Origin: Escherichia coli
GTDB lineage: Bacteria; Pseudomonadota; Gammaproteobacteria; Enterobacterales; Enterobacteriaceae
Reading direction: 5' to 3' (one strand)
DNA length: 64,000 bases
NCBI RefSeq assembly: GCF_024502345.1
Contig: NZ_JALDNN010000001.1
This document shows positions 1-9,088 of this stretch, piece by piece. A model generated the notes under the pieces. It was not told the DNA's origin and did no database searches. It worked only from the letters and a program-made list of their open reading frames with translations. Every line of letters starts with the position of its first letter. The stretch's first letter is position 1. The position numbers were made by a program, and so were the translations under genes.

Positions 1-276
1 AGAGTTGATATCACTACAACAGAAACATGCATGTCATTTGTTTACTTCTCTTTTTACTACAGAAAAATTTATCTATTTTTCTAAACATCAGTGAAATACT
101 CATAAAAGGTAACTATTATGTCTATGCCATTAAGCAATGCCCTTCAGAGTCAAATTATTACAGATGATCACTTCCTTCATCACCCAATAGTCGACAGTGA
201 GTTAATACGTAAATATGAACGTACACGCCTGGATACGGAAAATATCTATCTTCTGCCTCTTGTTCGTGGCAATAAC

Positions 277-1333
277 GGCTTTGTTGAATAAATCAGATTT
301 CGGGTAAGTCTCCCCCGTAGCGGGTTGTGTTTTCAGGCAATACGCACGCTTTCAGGCATACCTGCTTTCGTCATTTTGTTCAGCGCTCGTACCAGGGCCA
401 TAGCCTCTGCAACCTGACCATCGTAGTCACGCAGTGTCAGTGAACCCCCGAACAGCTGTTTTACCCGGTACATCGCCGTTTCCGCTATCGAGCGACGGTT
501 GTAATCTGTTGTCCATTTCCACCGCGCATTACTCCCGGTCATTCGCTGATTAGCCACTGCACGGTTACGGTCTGCATATTCACCGGGCCAGTAACCCGCA
601 CCTTTTCGGGGAGGGATAAGCGCGCTGATTTTCTTACGCCGCAGTTCATCGTGACATAGCCGGGTATCGTAAGCGCCATCGGCGGCGGCTGACCTGATTT
701 TCCGGTGGGTTTGCCGGATTAACCCGGGGAAGGCCTCTGAGTCCGTAACGTTGTTCAGCGACAGGTCAGCGCAGATGATTTCATGTGTTTTACTGTCAAC
801 GGCGAGATGCAGCTTACGCCAGATACGGCGGCGTTCCTGGCCATGCTTTTTGACTTTCCACTCGCCTTCACCGAAGACCTTCAGCCCGGTGGAATCAATT
901 ACCAGGTGTGCGATTTCACCCCGGGTGGGCGTTTTGAAACTGACATTAACCGACTTTGCCCGCCTGCTGACACAGCTGTAATCCGGGCAGCGTAGCGGAA
1001 CGTTCATCAGAGAAAAAATGGAATCAATAAAGCCCTGCGCAGCGCGCAGGGTCAGCCTGAATACGCGTTTAATGACCAGCACAGTCGTGATGGCAAGGTC
1101 AGAATAGCGCTGAGGTCTGCCTCGTGAAGAAGGTGTTGCTGACTCATACCAGGCCTGAATAGCTTCATCATCCAGCCAGAAAGTTATGGAGCCACGGTTG
1201 ATGAGGGCTTTATTGTAGGTGGGCCAGTTGGTGATTTTGAACTTTTGCTTTGCCACGGAACGGTCTGCGTTGTCGGGAAGATACGTGATCTGATCCTTCA
1301 ACTCAGCAAAAGTTCGATTTATTCAACAAAGCC
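277..1333 (-). mobile_element. IS903-group insertion sequence (IS5 family), copy 1, 1057 bp
   Basis: 18-bp terminal inverted repeats GGCTTTGTTGAATAAATC at 277..294 and its reverse complement at 1316..1333; single transposase ORF inside; ends match the IS903 ends known from Tn903. No flanking 9-bp direct repeat (ggcaataac vs cccttgccg). Confidence 0.9.
333..1301 (-). CDS. IS903-type DDE transposase (322 aa)
   Basis: ORF MKDQITYLPDNADRSVAKQKFKITNWPTYNKALINRGS... occupies nearly the whole IS; identical to the protein at 16576..17544. Confidence 0.9.
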   Translation of the reverse strand: MKDQITYLPDNADRSVAKQKFKITNWPTYNKALINRGSITFWLDDEAIQAWYESATPSSRGRPQRYSDLAITTVLVIKRVFRLTLRAAQGFIDSIFSLMNVPLRCPDYSCVSRRAKSVNVSFKTPTRGEIAHLVIDSTGLKVFGEGEWKVKKHGQERRRIWRKLHLAVDSKTHEIICADLSLNNVTDSEAFPGLIRQTHRKIRSAAADGAYDTRLCHDELRRKKISALIPPRKGAGYWPGEYADRNRAVANQRMTGSNARWKWTTDYNRRSIAETAMYRVKQLFGGSLTLRDYDGQVAEAMALVRALNKMTKAGMPESVRIA

Positions 1334-1690
1334 CCTTGCCGCATTACTTAATGCTAATATTGAGTTGGGTAATGACCCAATAATTGGTATAGAAGCCTAT
1401 CCCGGTACCGCGGAGATCCATGCAAAAATGGGATATAAAGTTATCCCGGGTGATGAAAATGCACCACTCAAACGTATGACTCTGCAACCGTCATCTCTTC
1501 CAGAACTGTTTGAATTAAAAAATGGTGAATGGAATTATATTGGTAAATAACTACCAGGAACAATGAGTACTAATATTCAGGTTATACAGATATTTAAACA
1601 ATACCCTGCAATTTACAAAGTAATACTCATTGCGACTTCTTAATTTAAGAAAGCGCAAGGAACGTTTACCCTTGCGCTTATTATAATAAG

Positions 1691-2464
1691 TCAGGCGTCG
1701 ACTTTATCCAGCGGCCATGAATCAAACAGATAGCCATCAAAATAAATATCGTCAACGTTCGAGAATTCCAGCAGACGTTGCTTAACGTTTTCCAGATGCT
1801 GCCACATTGCCAGCTTCGCCGCTCGGGCATCTTTTTTGATTAACGCGGCGAGGATCTGTTTGTGATCGCCCAACCACTCTTTGCGATACAGGCTGTCATC
1901 CAGATGGCTGTGCAACTGGATCCACATTGGATTGTTTTCCCGCCACTGCCAGGACTGACGGAACAGCTCCACCAGCATGCTGTTATGCGTTGCTTCGGCA
2001 ATAGCGAGATGGAACTGCATGTCACCGCTTTCGCTGCTGCCCGGCGCACTGGAAGCCAGTTCACACTCTTCCAGTTGCAATGCCTGACGCATTTTGACGA
2101 TATCTTCGCGGGTAGCCTGCAAAGCGGCAAACTCGGCGATGTTGCTCTCCAATAACTGCCGCGCCTGTAACAGCTCAAAAGGACCGGCATCGTTGCAGAC
2201 GTTGGCATCCGGACTGTCTGTGTTCTGGCTGCCTGAGTTATCAAGAACATAGATACCGGCACCCCGGCGTACTTCCACCAGCCCTTTGATCTCCAGCATG
2301 ATCAGCGCTTCACGTACCACCGTCCGCGTGACATCAAGCATTTCTGCAATTTCACGCTCCGGCGGCAGCCGTTCGCCAGGGTTGTACGGCGTCTTTATGA
2401 TCAGATCGCGGATCATCGCCCCGACTTCCTGGTAAGGTCTTTGCGCAGAGGTGGCAGATTTCAT
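1691..2464 (-). CDS. uxuR: GntR-family repressor of the hexuronate regulon, UxuR (257 aa)
   Basis: Translation MKSATSAQRPYQEVGAMIRDLIIKTPYNPGERLPP... recognised as E. coli UxuR; sits downstream of uxuAB. Confidence 0.9.
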   Translation of the reverse strand: MKSATSAQRPYQEVGAMIRDLIIKTPYNPGERLPPEREIAEMLDVTRTVVREALIMLEIKGLVEVRRGAGIYVLDNSGSQNTDSPDANVCNDAGPFELLQARQLLESNIAEFAALQATREDIVKMRQALQLEECELASSAPGSSESGDMQFHLAIAEATHNSMLVELFRQSWQWRENNPMWIQLHSHLDDSLYRKEWLGDHKQILAALIKKDARAAKLAMWQHLENVKQRLLEFSNVDDIYFDGYLFDSWPLDKVDA

Positions 2465-2500
2465 GGTGTTGTGTCCGTTAGGTGCGGTTAATCAAATTTT

Positions 2501-2540
2501 TGCCGGATGCGGCGTGAACGCCTTATCCGGCCTACAACGG
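2501..2540. repeat. REP element between uxuR and uxuB
   Basis: tgccggatgcggcgtgaacgccttatccggcctac matches the E. coli REP consensus. Confidence 0.6.
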
Positions 2541-2678
2541 GCAATTTTACGGCCCCCGTTAATCTCAAACTATACCATTAGCACTGGAAGTTGGCACGTA
2601 CAGGTGGGCAAAAAAACGAAAACTGGTCAACCAAATATCAGTTTGATTGACCAGTAAGTCTGTAGGGTAATCAGTTAG

Positions 2679-4139
2679 TTACAGCGCAGCCACACACTCG
2701 CGCGCACCGCGTTCGCACAGCTGCTGATATGCCGCCGTCACTGCGCCAACAAAGTCGGCATTCTGCGGCAGATCATCGGCAAAAATACCGCTCAGGCCCA
2801 GCAGCGCTTTCACACGGTCTGCGCCCTGATACTGCGCGTTGATCTTCTGGAACTCCGCCAGCATCGGGTCGACCACGTCAATGGCATTACCCTGCTCATC
2901 CACGCCCTGGGTGTAACGCATCCAGCCAGCCACGCCCAGCGCCAGGTGACGCCAGCTGCCGCCGTTTTGCAGGTGCAGACGCACCGGGTCCAGCAGACGC
3001 TGCGGTAACTTCTGGCTGCCGTCCATCGCAATCTGCCAGGTACGGTGACGCAGAGACGGGTTGCTGAAACGCTCGATCAGCAACGTCGCATAGGCGTTCA
3101 GGTCCGTACCTTCCGGCATCGACAGCGTTGGCGCTTGTTCCTGCATCATCAGGGAGAAGGCCGCTTTGCGATAATCCGGGTTAGTCATGGTGTCGGCAAT
3201 AGTTTCATAGCCGCCGAGGTAACCGAGGTATGCCAGGAAAGAGTGGCTGCCGTTCAGCATACGCAGCTTCATCATTTCGAACGGCACAACGTCTGCAACG
3301 AACTGTGCGCCCACTTTATCCCAGTCCGGACGACCATTAACGAAGTTATCTTCAATCACCCACTGACGGAACGGTTCGCAGGCAATGGCGCACGGGTCGT
3401 AAACACCCAGCTGGTCAGCAATTTCCTGTAAGGTTTCTGGCGTCGCCGCCGGAACGATGCGGTCAACCATGGTGCACGGGAAGGTGACGTTCTCTTCAAT
3501 CCATGCCGCTAGCTGCGCGTCACGCGCCTGAGCCAGCCCCAGTACCGCGACCTTCGCCACATGACCGTTTTCACGCACGTTATCGCAGGACATCACCGTA
3601 AATGCTTTCAGCCCTTTTTCACGACGCAGACGCAAGGCTTCGACGATGTAACCAATCGCGGACTTCGGCGCAGTTGGGTTTTCCAGATCGTGCTTGATCA
3701 GCGGGTTATTGAGATCCAGTTGACCGCTTGCCGCATCAGCGCAGTAGCCTTTTTCCGTGACCGTTAGAGAGACAATCGCCGTTTGCGGACGCGCCATCGC
3801 GTTGAGAATACCTTCGCAGCCATCGATTTCCGGATGCAGCGCTTCTTTCATCGAACCGATAATTTTCAGCTCGGTGCTCTCTGCGCCTTTTTCCGCTACG
3901 GTGTACAGCAGTTGCTGTTTTTTCAGGTTTTCGATCAGCACGCGGTCGTTGCCTGGCATCAGGTTAACTTCGCAGATGCCCCAGTCGCTGTCGGTGCTTT
4001 CCAGCAGATGATGGGTATACAGCGCCTGGTGCGCGCGGTGAAACGCCCCGCAACCGAGATGCACAATGCGTGATTCCAGACGAGAATGATCCCATGACGG
4101 GCGGGCAACCGGCAGATTGCTGTCAACAATAGTAGTCAT
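2679..4139 (-). CDS. uxuB: D-mannonate oxidoreductase UxuB (486 aa)
   Basis: 486-aa ORF immediately downstream of uxuA, same strand; sequence recognised as UxuB. Confidence 0.9.
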   Translation of the reverse strand: MTTIVDSNLPVARPSWDHSRLESRIVHLGCGAFHRAHQALYTHHLLESTDSDWGICEVNLMPGNDRVLIENLKKQQLLYTVAEKGAESTELKIIGSMKEALHPEIDGCEGILNAMARPQTAIVSLTVTEKGYCADAASGQLDLNNPLIKHDLENPTAPKSAIGYIVEALRLRREKGLKAFTVMSCDNVRENGHVAKVAVLGLAQARDAQLAAWIEENVTFPCTMVDRIVPAATPETLQEIADQLGVYDPCAIACEPFRQWVIEDNFVNGRPDWDKVGAQFVADVVPFEMMKLRMLNGSHSFLAYLGYLGGYETIADTMTNPDYRKAAFSLMMQEQAPTLSMPEGTDLNAYATLLIERFSNPSLRHRTWQIAMDGSQKLPQRLLDPVRLHLQNGGSWRHLALGVAGWMRYTQGVDEQGNAIDVVDPMLAEFQKINAQYQGADRVKALLGLSGIFADDLPQNADFVGAVTAAYQQLCERGARECVAAL

Positions 4140-4219
4140 CGTAAACTCCAGAATCCGTCTTCAAAGAGTGACGGCAAGGAAGAAGGAACCGGCACGGCGC
4201 GCAGCCATGCCGGTGGATA

Positions 4220-5404
4220 TTAACGGCTAAAGAAAGCGCGCTGGATCGCCAGTTCGACACCGCGAACTTCGGCCAGGCCTTTCAGACGACCAATTGCGGA
4301 GTAACCTGGGTTGGTTTTCTTCTTCAGGTCGTCCAGCATCTGATGACCGTGGTCCGGACGCATCGGGATCAGGTCTTCTTTGCCTTCCGCTTTACGACGG
4401 TGTTCTTCTTCAACAATCGCTTTCACCACTTCGTACATATCAACGTCACCGTTCAGGTGCGCCGCTTCGTGGAAGGTTTTCGGGTTATCTTCACGCATGG
4501 TGGAGCGCAGATGGGTGAAGTAAATACGCGGACCGAACTGCTTGATCATATCAACCAGATCGTTGTCAGCACGCACGCCGTAGGAACCGGTGCACATGGT
4601 AAAACCGTTTGCCATGCTGTTTACGGTATCAACCATCCACTGCATATCTTCAATGGTGGAAACAATGCGCGGCAGGCCGAGGATCGGGCGCGGCGGATCG
4701 TCCGGGTGAACAGCCATACGCACGCCAACTTCTTCGGCAACCGGAATAATCGCTTTCAGGAAGACGGCAAAGTTTTCGCGCAGTTTGGCTTTGTCGATAT
4801 CTTTGTACAGCTCCAGGTGTTTACGGAACTGGTCGAGGGTGTAGCCTTCTTCCGCGCCCGGAAGACCAGCAATGATGTTACGGGTCAGACGCGCTTTGTC
4901 TTCGTCGCTCATAGTGGCGAAGCGAACAGCAGCCTGAGCAATTTCTTCTTCGGTGTAATCCGCTTCCGCGCCTGGACGTTTCAGGATATGCATTTCGAAT
5001 GCAGCGAATTCGATCTGGTCGAAGCGCAGCGCTTTGGAGCCGTCTGGCAGCACGTATTCGAGGTCAGTACGGGTCCAGTCGAGCACCGGCATGAAGTTGT
5101 AGCACACGGTGCGAATGCCACACTGCGCCAGGTTGCGCAGAGTCTGCTGATAGTTAGCGATCCACTGCTCATAGTTGCCAGTGTGGGTTTTGATATCTTC
5201 GTGAATTGGTACGCTTTCTACGACAGACCACACCAGGCCTGCGTCTTCAACGATCGCCTTGCGTTTGAGGATCTCTTCTACGGACCATACTTCGCCGTTC
5301 GGGATATGGTGCAGCGCGGTAACCACGCCAGTTGCGCCCGCCTGACGGACATCAGCTAAAGAAACCGGATCGTTTGGGCCGTACCAGCGCCAGGTCTGTT
5401 CCAT
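4220..5404 (-). CDS. uxuA: Mannonate dehydratase UxuA (394 aa)
   Basis: ORF contains [28 protein letters not shown]...; start set to the internal ATG at 5404, preceded by gaaagaggaaaaatc (Shine-Dalgarno). Confidence 0.9.
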
Positions 5405-5564
5405 GATTTTTCCTCTTTCACATAGTGGGTTCCACAGCAAAGAGACGCGGAACCCTGGAGTTGTTTAGGTATCCGGATGAACAACCAGACCGCAGCCGTG
5501 GCGTTGCATCGGATGAGATGGCGTATAAGTTCTACCTTTTGGTAAGACATGTCAACCCGAATTC

Positions 5565-5582
5565 TGAAATTGGTTAACCACA
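5565..5582. promoter_or_regulatory. Putative UxuR/ExuR operator upstream of uxuA
   Basis: aaattggttaaccaca contains the perfect palindrome tggttaacca and resembles the AAATTGGT..ACCAATTT hexuronate operator consensus; lies ~160 bp upstream of uxuA. Confidence 0.4.
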
Positions 5583-5741
5583 TCACAAGAATTTCACTCT
5601 CCTGGTTGTTGCTGCAAATTGCAGCAAAAGGTTATCGATGGTTATTGATCAGAGGATGTGACATTCATCGCAACAATGGTTGACCAATTTACATAACATG
5701 TCGCCCAAAATAACAACGGTTCAACCAGGTAAGGTAAAACG

Positions 5742-5947
5742 TTATGCATGTGCTTAACATTCTCTGGGTAGTATTCGGTATCGGCCTGATGCTGGTACTG
5801 ACAAAGACCGCAGGTTCAGACACATTCGCTGCATTAGCAATGCCTCTTAGATAATTTTGACCTGTCAGTAAAAGACACGTTGAAAACCTGGGGTCTGCTG
5901 GAGCTGGTCAACTCCGTGGTTGGGCTGATTATTAGCAAGGTAGCGTA
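5742..5947 (+). pseudogene. gntP: Remnant of gluconate-family permease gene (gntP position): N-terminal ~36 codons plus C-terminal ~30 codons, internal ~1.1 kb missing
   Basis: ORF MHVLNILWVVFGIGLMLVL... hits a stop after 36 codons; a different frame ends ...[25 protein letters not shown] at 5947; both look like the ends of a GntP-type permease divergent from uxuA. Assignment is from recall and synteny. Confidence 0.4.
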
Positions 5948-5949
5948 AA

Positions 5950-6120
5950 AGAACACCAGAGCCTGCCAATGGCAGGCTCTGACTGATGACAAAGTCTAAA
6001 AATGTGCCCGGACAGTCCCCTCGCCCCTCCGGGGAGAGGGTTAGGGTGAGGGGAACAGACCAGCAAAGTGCGCTTTGTTTATGCCAGATGCGACGCTGAC
6101 GCGTCTTATCTGGCCTACAA
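5950..6120. repeat. Intergenic repeat cluster: terminator-like hairpin, GC-rich BoxC-like palindrome, and REP
   Basis: agagcctgccaatggcaggctct hairpin; cccctcgcccctccggggagagggttagggtgagggg; gccagatgcgacgctgacgcgtcttatctggcctac (REP). Confidence 0.5.
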
Positions 6121-6264
6121 AGGGCTAACGTGCAGGTTTTTAGCTTCAGGTAATATTGCGTAACTGCATTAGCAATGCCCTGTGATTTCTTTATTGATAA
6201 ACAAAAGTCGGTGATGCTGCCAACTTACTGATTTAGTGTATGATGGTGTTTTTGAGGTGCTCCA

Positions 6265-6540
6265 GTGGCTTCTGTTTCTATCAGCTGTCCCTCCTGTTCA
6301 GCTACTGACGGGGTGGTGCGTAACGGCAAAAGCACCGCCGGACATCAGCGCTATCTCTGCTCTCACTGCCGTAAAACATGGCAACTGCAGTTCACTTACA
6401 CCGCTTCTCAACCCGGTACGCACCAGAAAATCATTGATATGGCCATGAATGGCGTTGGATGCCGGGCAACCGCCCGCATTATGGGCGTTGGCCTCAACAC
6501 GATTTTCCGCCATTTAAAAAACTCAGGCCGCAGTCGGTAA
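6265..6540 (+). CDS. insA: IS1 InsA (91 aa)
   Basis: [40 protein letters not shown]... recognised as IS1 InsA. Confidence 0.9.
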   Translation: MASVSISCPSCSATDGVVRNGKSTAGHQRYLCSHCRKTWQLQFTYTASQPGTHQKIIDMAMNGVGCRATARIMGVGLNTIFRHLKNSGRSR

Positions 6541-6962
6541 CCTCGCGCATACAGCCGGGCAGTGACGTCATCGTCTGCGCGGAAATGGACGAACAGTGGG
6601 GATACGTCGGGGCTAAATCGCGCCAGCGCTGGCTGTTTTACGCGTATGACAGGCTCCGGAAGACGGTTGTTGCGCACGTATTCGGTGAACGCACTATGGC
6701 GACGCTGGGGCGTCTTATGAGCCTGCTGTCACCCTTTGACGTGGTGATATGGATGACGGATGGCTGGCCGCTGTATGAATCCCGCCTGAAGGGAAAGCTG
6801 CACGTAATCAGCAAGCGATATACGCAGCGAATTGAGCGGCATAACCTGAATCTGAGGCAGCACCTGGCACGGCTGGGACGGAAGTCGCTGTCGTTCTCAA
6901 AATCGGTGGAGCTGCATGACAAAGTCATCGGGCATTATCTGAACATAAAACACTATCAATAA
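6459..6962 (+). CDS. insB: IS1 InsB (167 aa; normally expressed as InsAB' by frameshifting)
   Basis: 167-aa ORF overlapping insA within IS1. Confidence 0.85.
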   Translation: MPGNRPHYGRWPQHDFPPFKKLRPQSVTSRIQPGSDVIVCAEMDEQWGYVGAKSRQRWLFYAYDRLRKTVVAHVFGERTMATLGRLMSLLSPFDVVIWMTDGWPLYESRLKGKLHVISKRYTQRIERHNLNLRQHLARLGRKSLSFSKSVELHDKVIGHYLNIKHYQ

Positions 6963-6977
6963 GTTGGAGTCATTACC

Positions 6978-7415
6978 GATTATGTAATCGCCTAAACTCT
7001 TTGATAGCCGACGTTTCAAGCAACATGGATTTGCCTGAATTTAAAGCAGCCATTAATTTATCAAGGGACTGTGCGAACTTACCTGCTGGGTCTGTCGGTG
7101 TATCACGTGTTGTCGAAACAAAATGATAGATGTACATTTCATCTTCATGCTTCGTATTAATGTAAGTAAGATGAATAGCAACCGCATACGCAGGGCCACC
7201 GGACTCACTAAATTCATCACCAACAATTAAGAAATCACCAAAACCATTCATACCCTCTTCTTCATAATTAAGATGAAGATCTGAAAAGAACTCAGAATCG
7301 GGATGGTCAGCATTTCGTCTTTTTTCAAAGCCATCTTTAATTAAAATTCTTTCTGAACCCGAAAAATGTTTTCGATAAGCTTTAGAACAATAGTTAGAAA
7401 TAAATACATGTTTGT
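6978..7415 (-). pseudogene. Partner gene B, C-terminal segment (separated from the N-terminal segment by IS3; 3' end cut by IS1)
   Basis: ORF ...HVFISNYCSKAYRKHFSGSERILIKDGFEKRRNADHPDSEFF...EFRRLHNR is in frame with segment 8674..9082 once IS3 and one TGT copy are removed; the last codon and the stop codon lie inside the IS1 terminus (6973..6977). Confidence 0.7.
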
Positions 7416-7445
7416 TGATCCTACCCACGTAATATGGACACAGAC

Positions 7446-8312
7446 CTAAGCGAGGTTCTGGTTTTCAAATTGTTCCGGACTGAGGCCGCCACACCAACTG
7501 TGCCGCCGCCACCGATTGTAATCACATTCGATATAATTAAACACCGTTGCCCGCATTATTTCCCGGCTGATAAAGTGTTCTCCATGGATACATTCCACTT
7601 TCAGCGAATGAAAGAAGCTTTCCACGCAGGCATTATCGTAGCAGCAACCTTTTGCGCTCATACTTCCACGCAGATTATGCCGCTTCAGTTGCGCCTGATA
7701 ATCTGCTGAACAGTACTGGCCTCCACGGTCCGTGTGAACGATAACGTTCCGGGGCCTCTTACGCCGCCACAGCGCCATCTGCAGGGCATCGCAGGCCAGT
7801 TGCGCCGTCATGCGTGGCGACATTGACCAGCCAATAACGGCACGTGACCACAGGTCAATGACCACTGCCAGATACAGCCAGCCTTCATCTGTACGTAAGT
7901 ACGTGATGTCTCCTGCCCACTTCTGGTTCGGGCCACTGGCGTAAAAATCCTGCTCCAACAGATTTTCTGACACAGGCAGGCCGTGTGCGCGGTAGCTGAC
8001 CGGGCTGAACTTCCGGGAGGCCTTTGCCCTCAGTCCCTGACGGCGCAGGCTTGCCGCCACGGTTTTTACGTTAAAGGGGTAACCCTGAGCACGCAGTTCA
8101 TCCGTCAGGCGTGGGGCACCGTAACGCTGTTTTGACCGGGTAAAAGCCGCGAGGACAACGCTGTCGCAGTGTTGGCGGAACTGCTGACGCGTGCTTATCC
8201 TTGTCCGCCGCTGACACCACGTATACCAGCCGCTGCGGGCCACCCGGAGCACGCGGCACATTGCTTTGATGCTGAACTCAGCCTGATGTTTTTCAATAAA
8301 GACATACTTCAT
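7446..8312 (-). CDS. insF: IS3 transposase OrfB / InsF (288 aa)
   Basis: [36 protein letters not shown]... recognised as IS3 InsF with integrase-core motifs. Confidence 0.9.
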   Translation of the reverse strand: MKYVFIEKHQAEFSIKAMCRVLRVARSGWYTWCQRRTRISTRQQFRQHCDSVVLAAFTRSKQRYGAPRLTDELRAQGYPFNVKTVAASLRRQGLRAKASRKFSPVSYRAHGLPVSENLLEQDFYASGPNQKWAGDITYLRTDEGWLYLAVVIDLWSRAVIGWSMSPRMTAQLACDALQMALWRRKRPRNVIVHTDRGGQYCSADYQAQLKRHNLRGSMSAKGCCYDNACVESFFHSLKVECIHGEHFISREIMRATVFNYIECDYNRWRRHSWCGGLSPEQFENQNLA

Positions 8313-8608
8313 TTCAGGCGCTTCGCGAAGTATGTCGCGGCCTTTTGGAGGATAGCCAGCTCTTCATCCCGTTCTGCCAGCTGGCGTTTGAGACGTGCAA
8401 TCTCGGTAGACATCTCCAGTTCACGTTCAGAAGACGTCTGCTGATTTTGCTGTTTACTGCGCCAGTTGTAGAGCTGTGATTCATACAGGCTGAGTTCACG
8501 GGCTGCGGCAGTAACACCGATGCGTTCAGCAAGCTTCAGGGCTTCACTGCGAAATTCAGGCGAATGCTGTTTACGGGGTTTTTTACTGGTTGATACTGTT
8601 TTTGTCAT
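8309..8608 (-). CDS. insE: IS3 OrfA / InsE (99 aa)
   Basis: ORF contains [32 protein letters not shown]...; start set at the MTKTV methionine. Confidence 0.85.
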   Translation of the reverse strand: MTKTVSTSKKPRKQHSPEFRSEALKLAERIGVTAAARELSLYESQLYNWRSKQQNQQTSSERELEMSTEIARLKRQLAERDEELAILQKAATYFAKRLK

Positions 8609-8673
8609 GTGAGTCACCTCTGACTGAGAGTTTACTCACTTAGCCGCGTGTCCACTATTGCTGGGTAAGATCA

Positions 8674-9082
8674 TGTATCCATCCCCAAATCTTTCATGTA
8701 AAGCTTTTGGCTCATCAAACCCGGCATGAATAAAGGTGACTTCATGAACGAGATCTGAATGAAGGAGATTATCAACCTTAGCAATAGTCATACTCTTATC
8801 AAGAAGTATTCCTACAGAAATTTTTTCATACTTACTAAATTCATTTTTTAATAATTGAGCTATACTTTGTCCATCGGTAGAGTGATCACCACATGCCGGA
8901 TTAATGATGACAATAGCCCTACCATCATTTTCTTTTATTGTTTTCAGTGTTCGCTCAAGACCATTGAGAGCCTCTCTCACAGGCTCTATAATTGGAGTAA
9001 AACCTGCCTCAGCCATTACATTAGCAGTGTCTCTAATAGCCAACAGTTCAAATTGTTTCCCACGAAAATAAGGATAATACAT
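8674..9082 (-). pseudogene. Partner gene B, N-terminal segment (136 codons) interrupted by IS3
   Basis: MYYPYFRGKQFELLAIRDTANVMAEAGFTPIIEPVREALNGLERTLK...HERFGDGY then reads into the IS3 end; starts 6 nt after the stop of gene A on the same strand. Confidence 0.7.
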
Positions 9083-9088
9083 AGTTTG

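Larger units (their letters stand above)
118..1550 (+). pseudogene. yjiC: Conserved hypothetical gene (yjiC position, convergent with uxuR) split by IS903; 5' part 118..276, 3' part 1334..1550
   Basis: ORF MSMPLSNALQSQIITDDHFLHHP... runs in frame straight into the IS903 terminal repeat at 277; ORF 1245..1550 resumes immediately after the IS. Identity as yjiC is positional inference from K-12 synteny. Confidence 0.45.
6210..6977 (+). mobile_element. IS1 insertion sequence, 768 bp
   Basis: Starts GGTGATGCTGCCAACTTACTGAT and ends ...AAGTTGGAGTCATTACC; contains insA and insB. No flanking direct repeat (acaaaagtc vs gattatgta). Confidence 0.9.
7416..8673 (-). mobile_element. IS3 insertion sequence, 1258 bp, flanked by 3-bp direct repeat TGT
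   Basis: Ends TGATCCTACCC... (7416) and ...GGGTAAGATCA (8673); orfA/orfB inside; tgt at 7413..7415 and 8674..8676. Confidence 0.9.

Noticed and set aside
751-995. Small plus-strand ORFs inside IS903 (mirrored at 16882..17126 in copy 2)
   Set aside because: They are antisense to the IS903 transposase, with no independent support.
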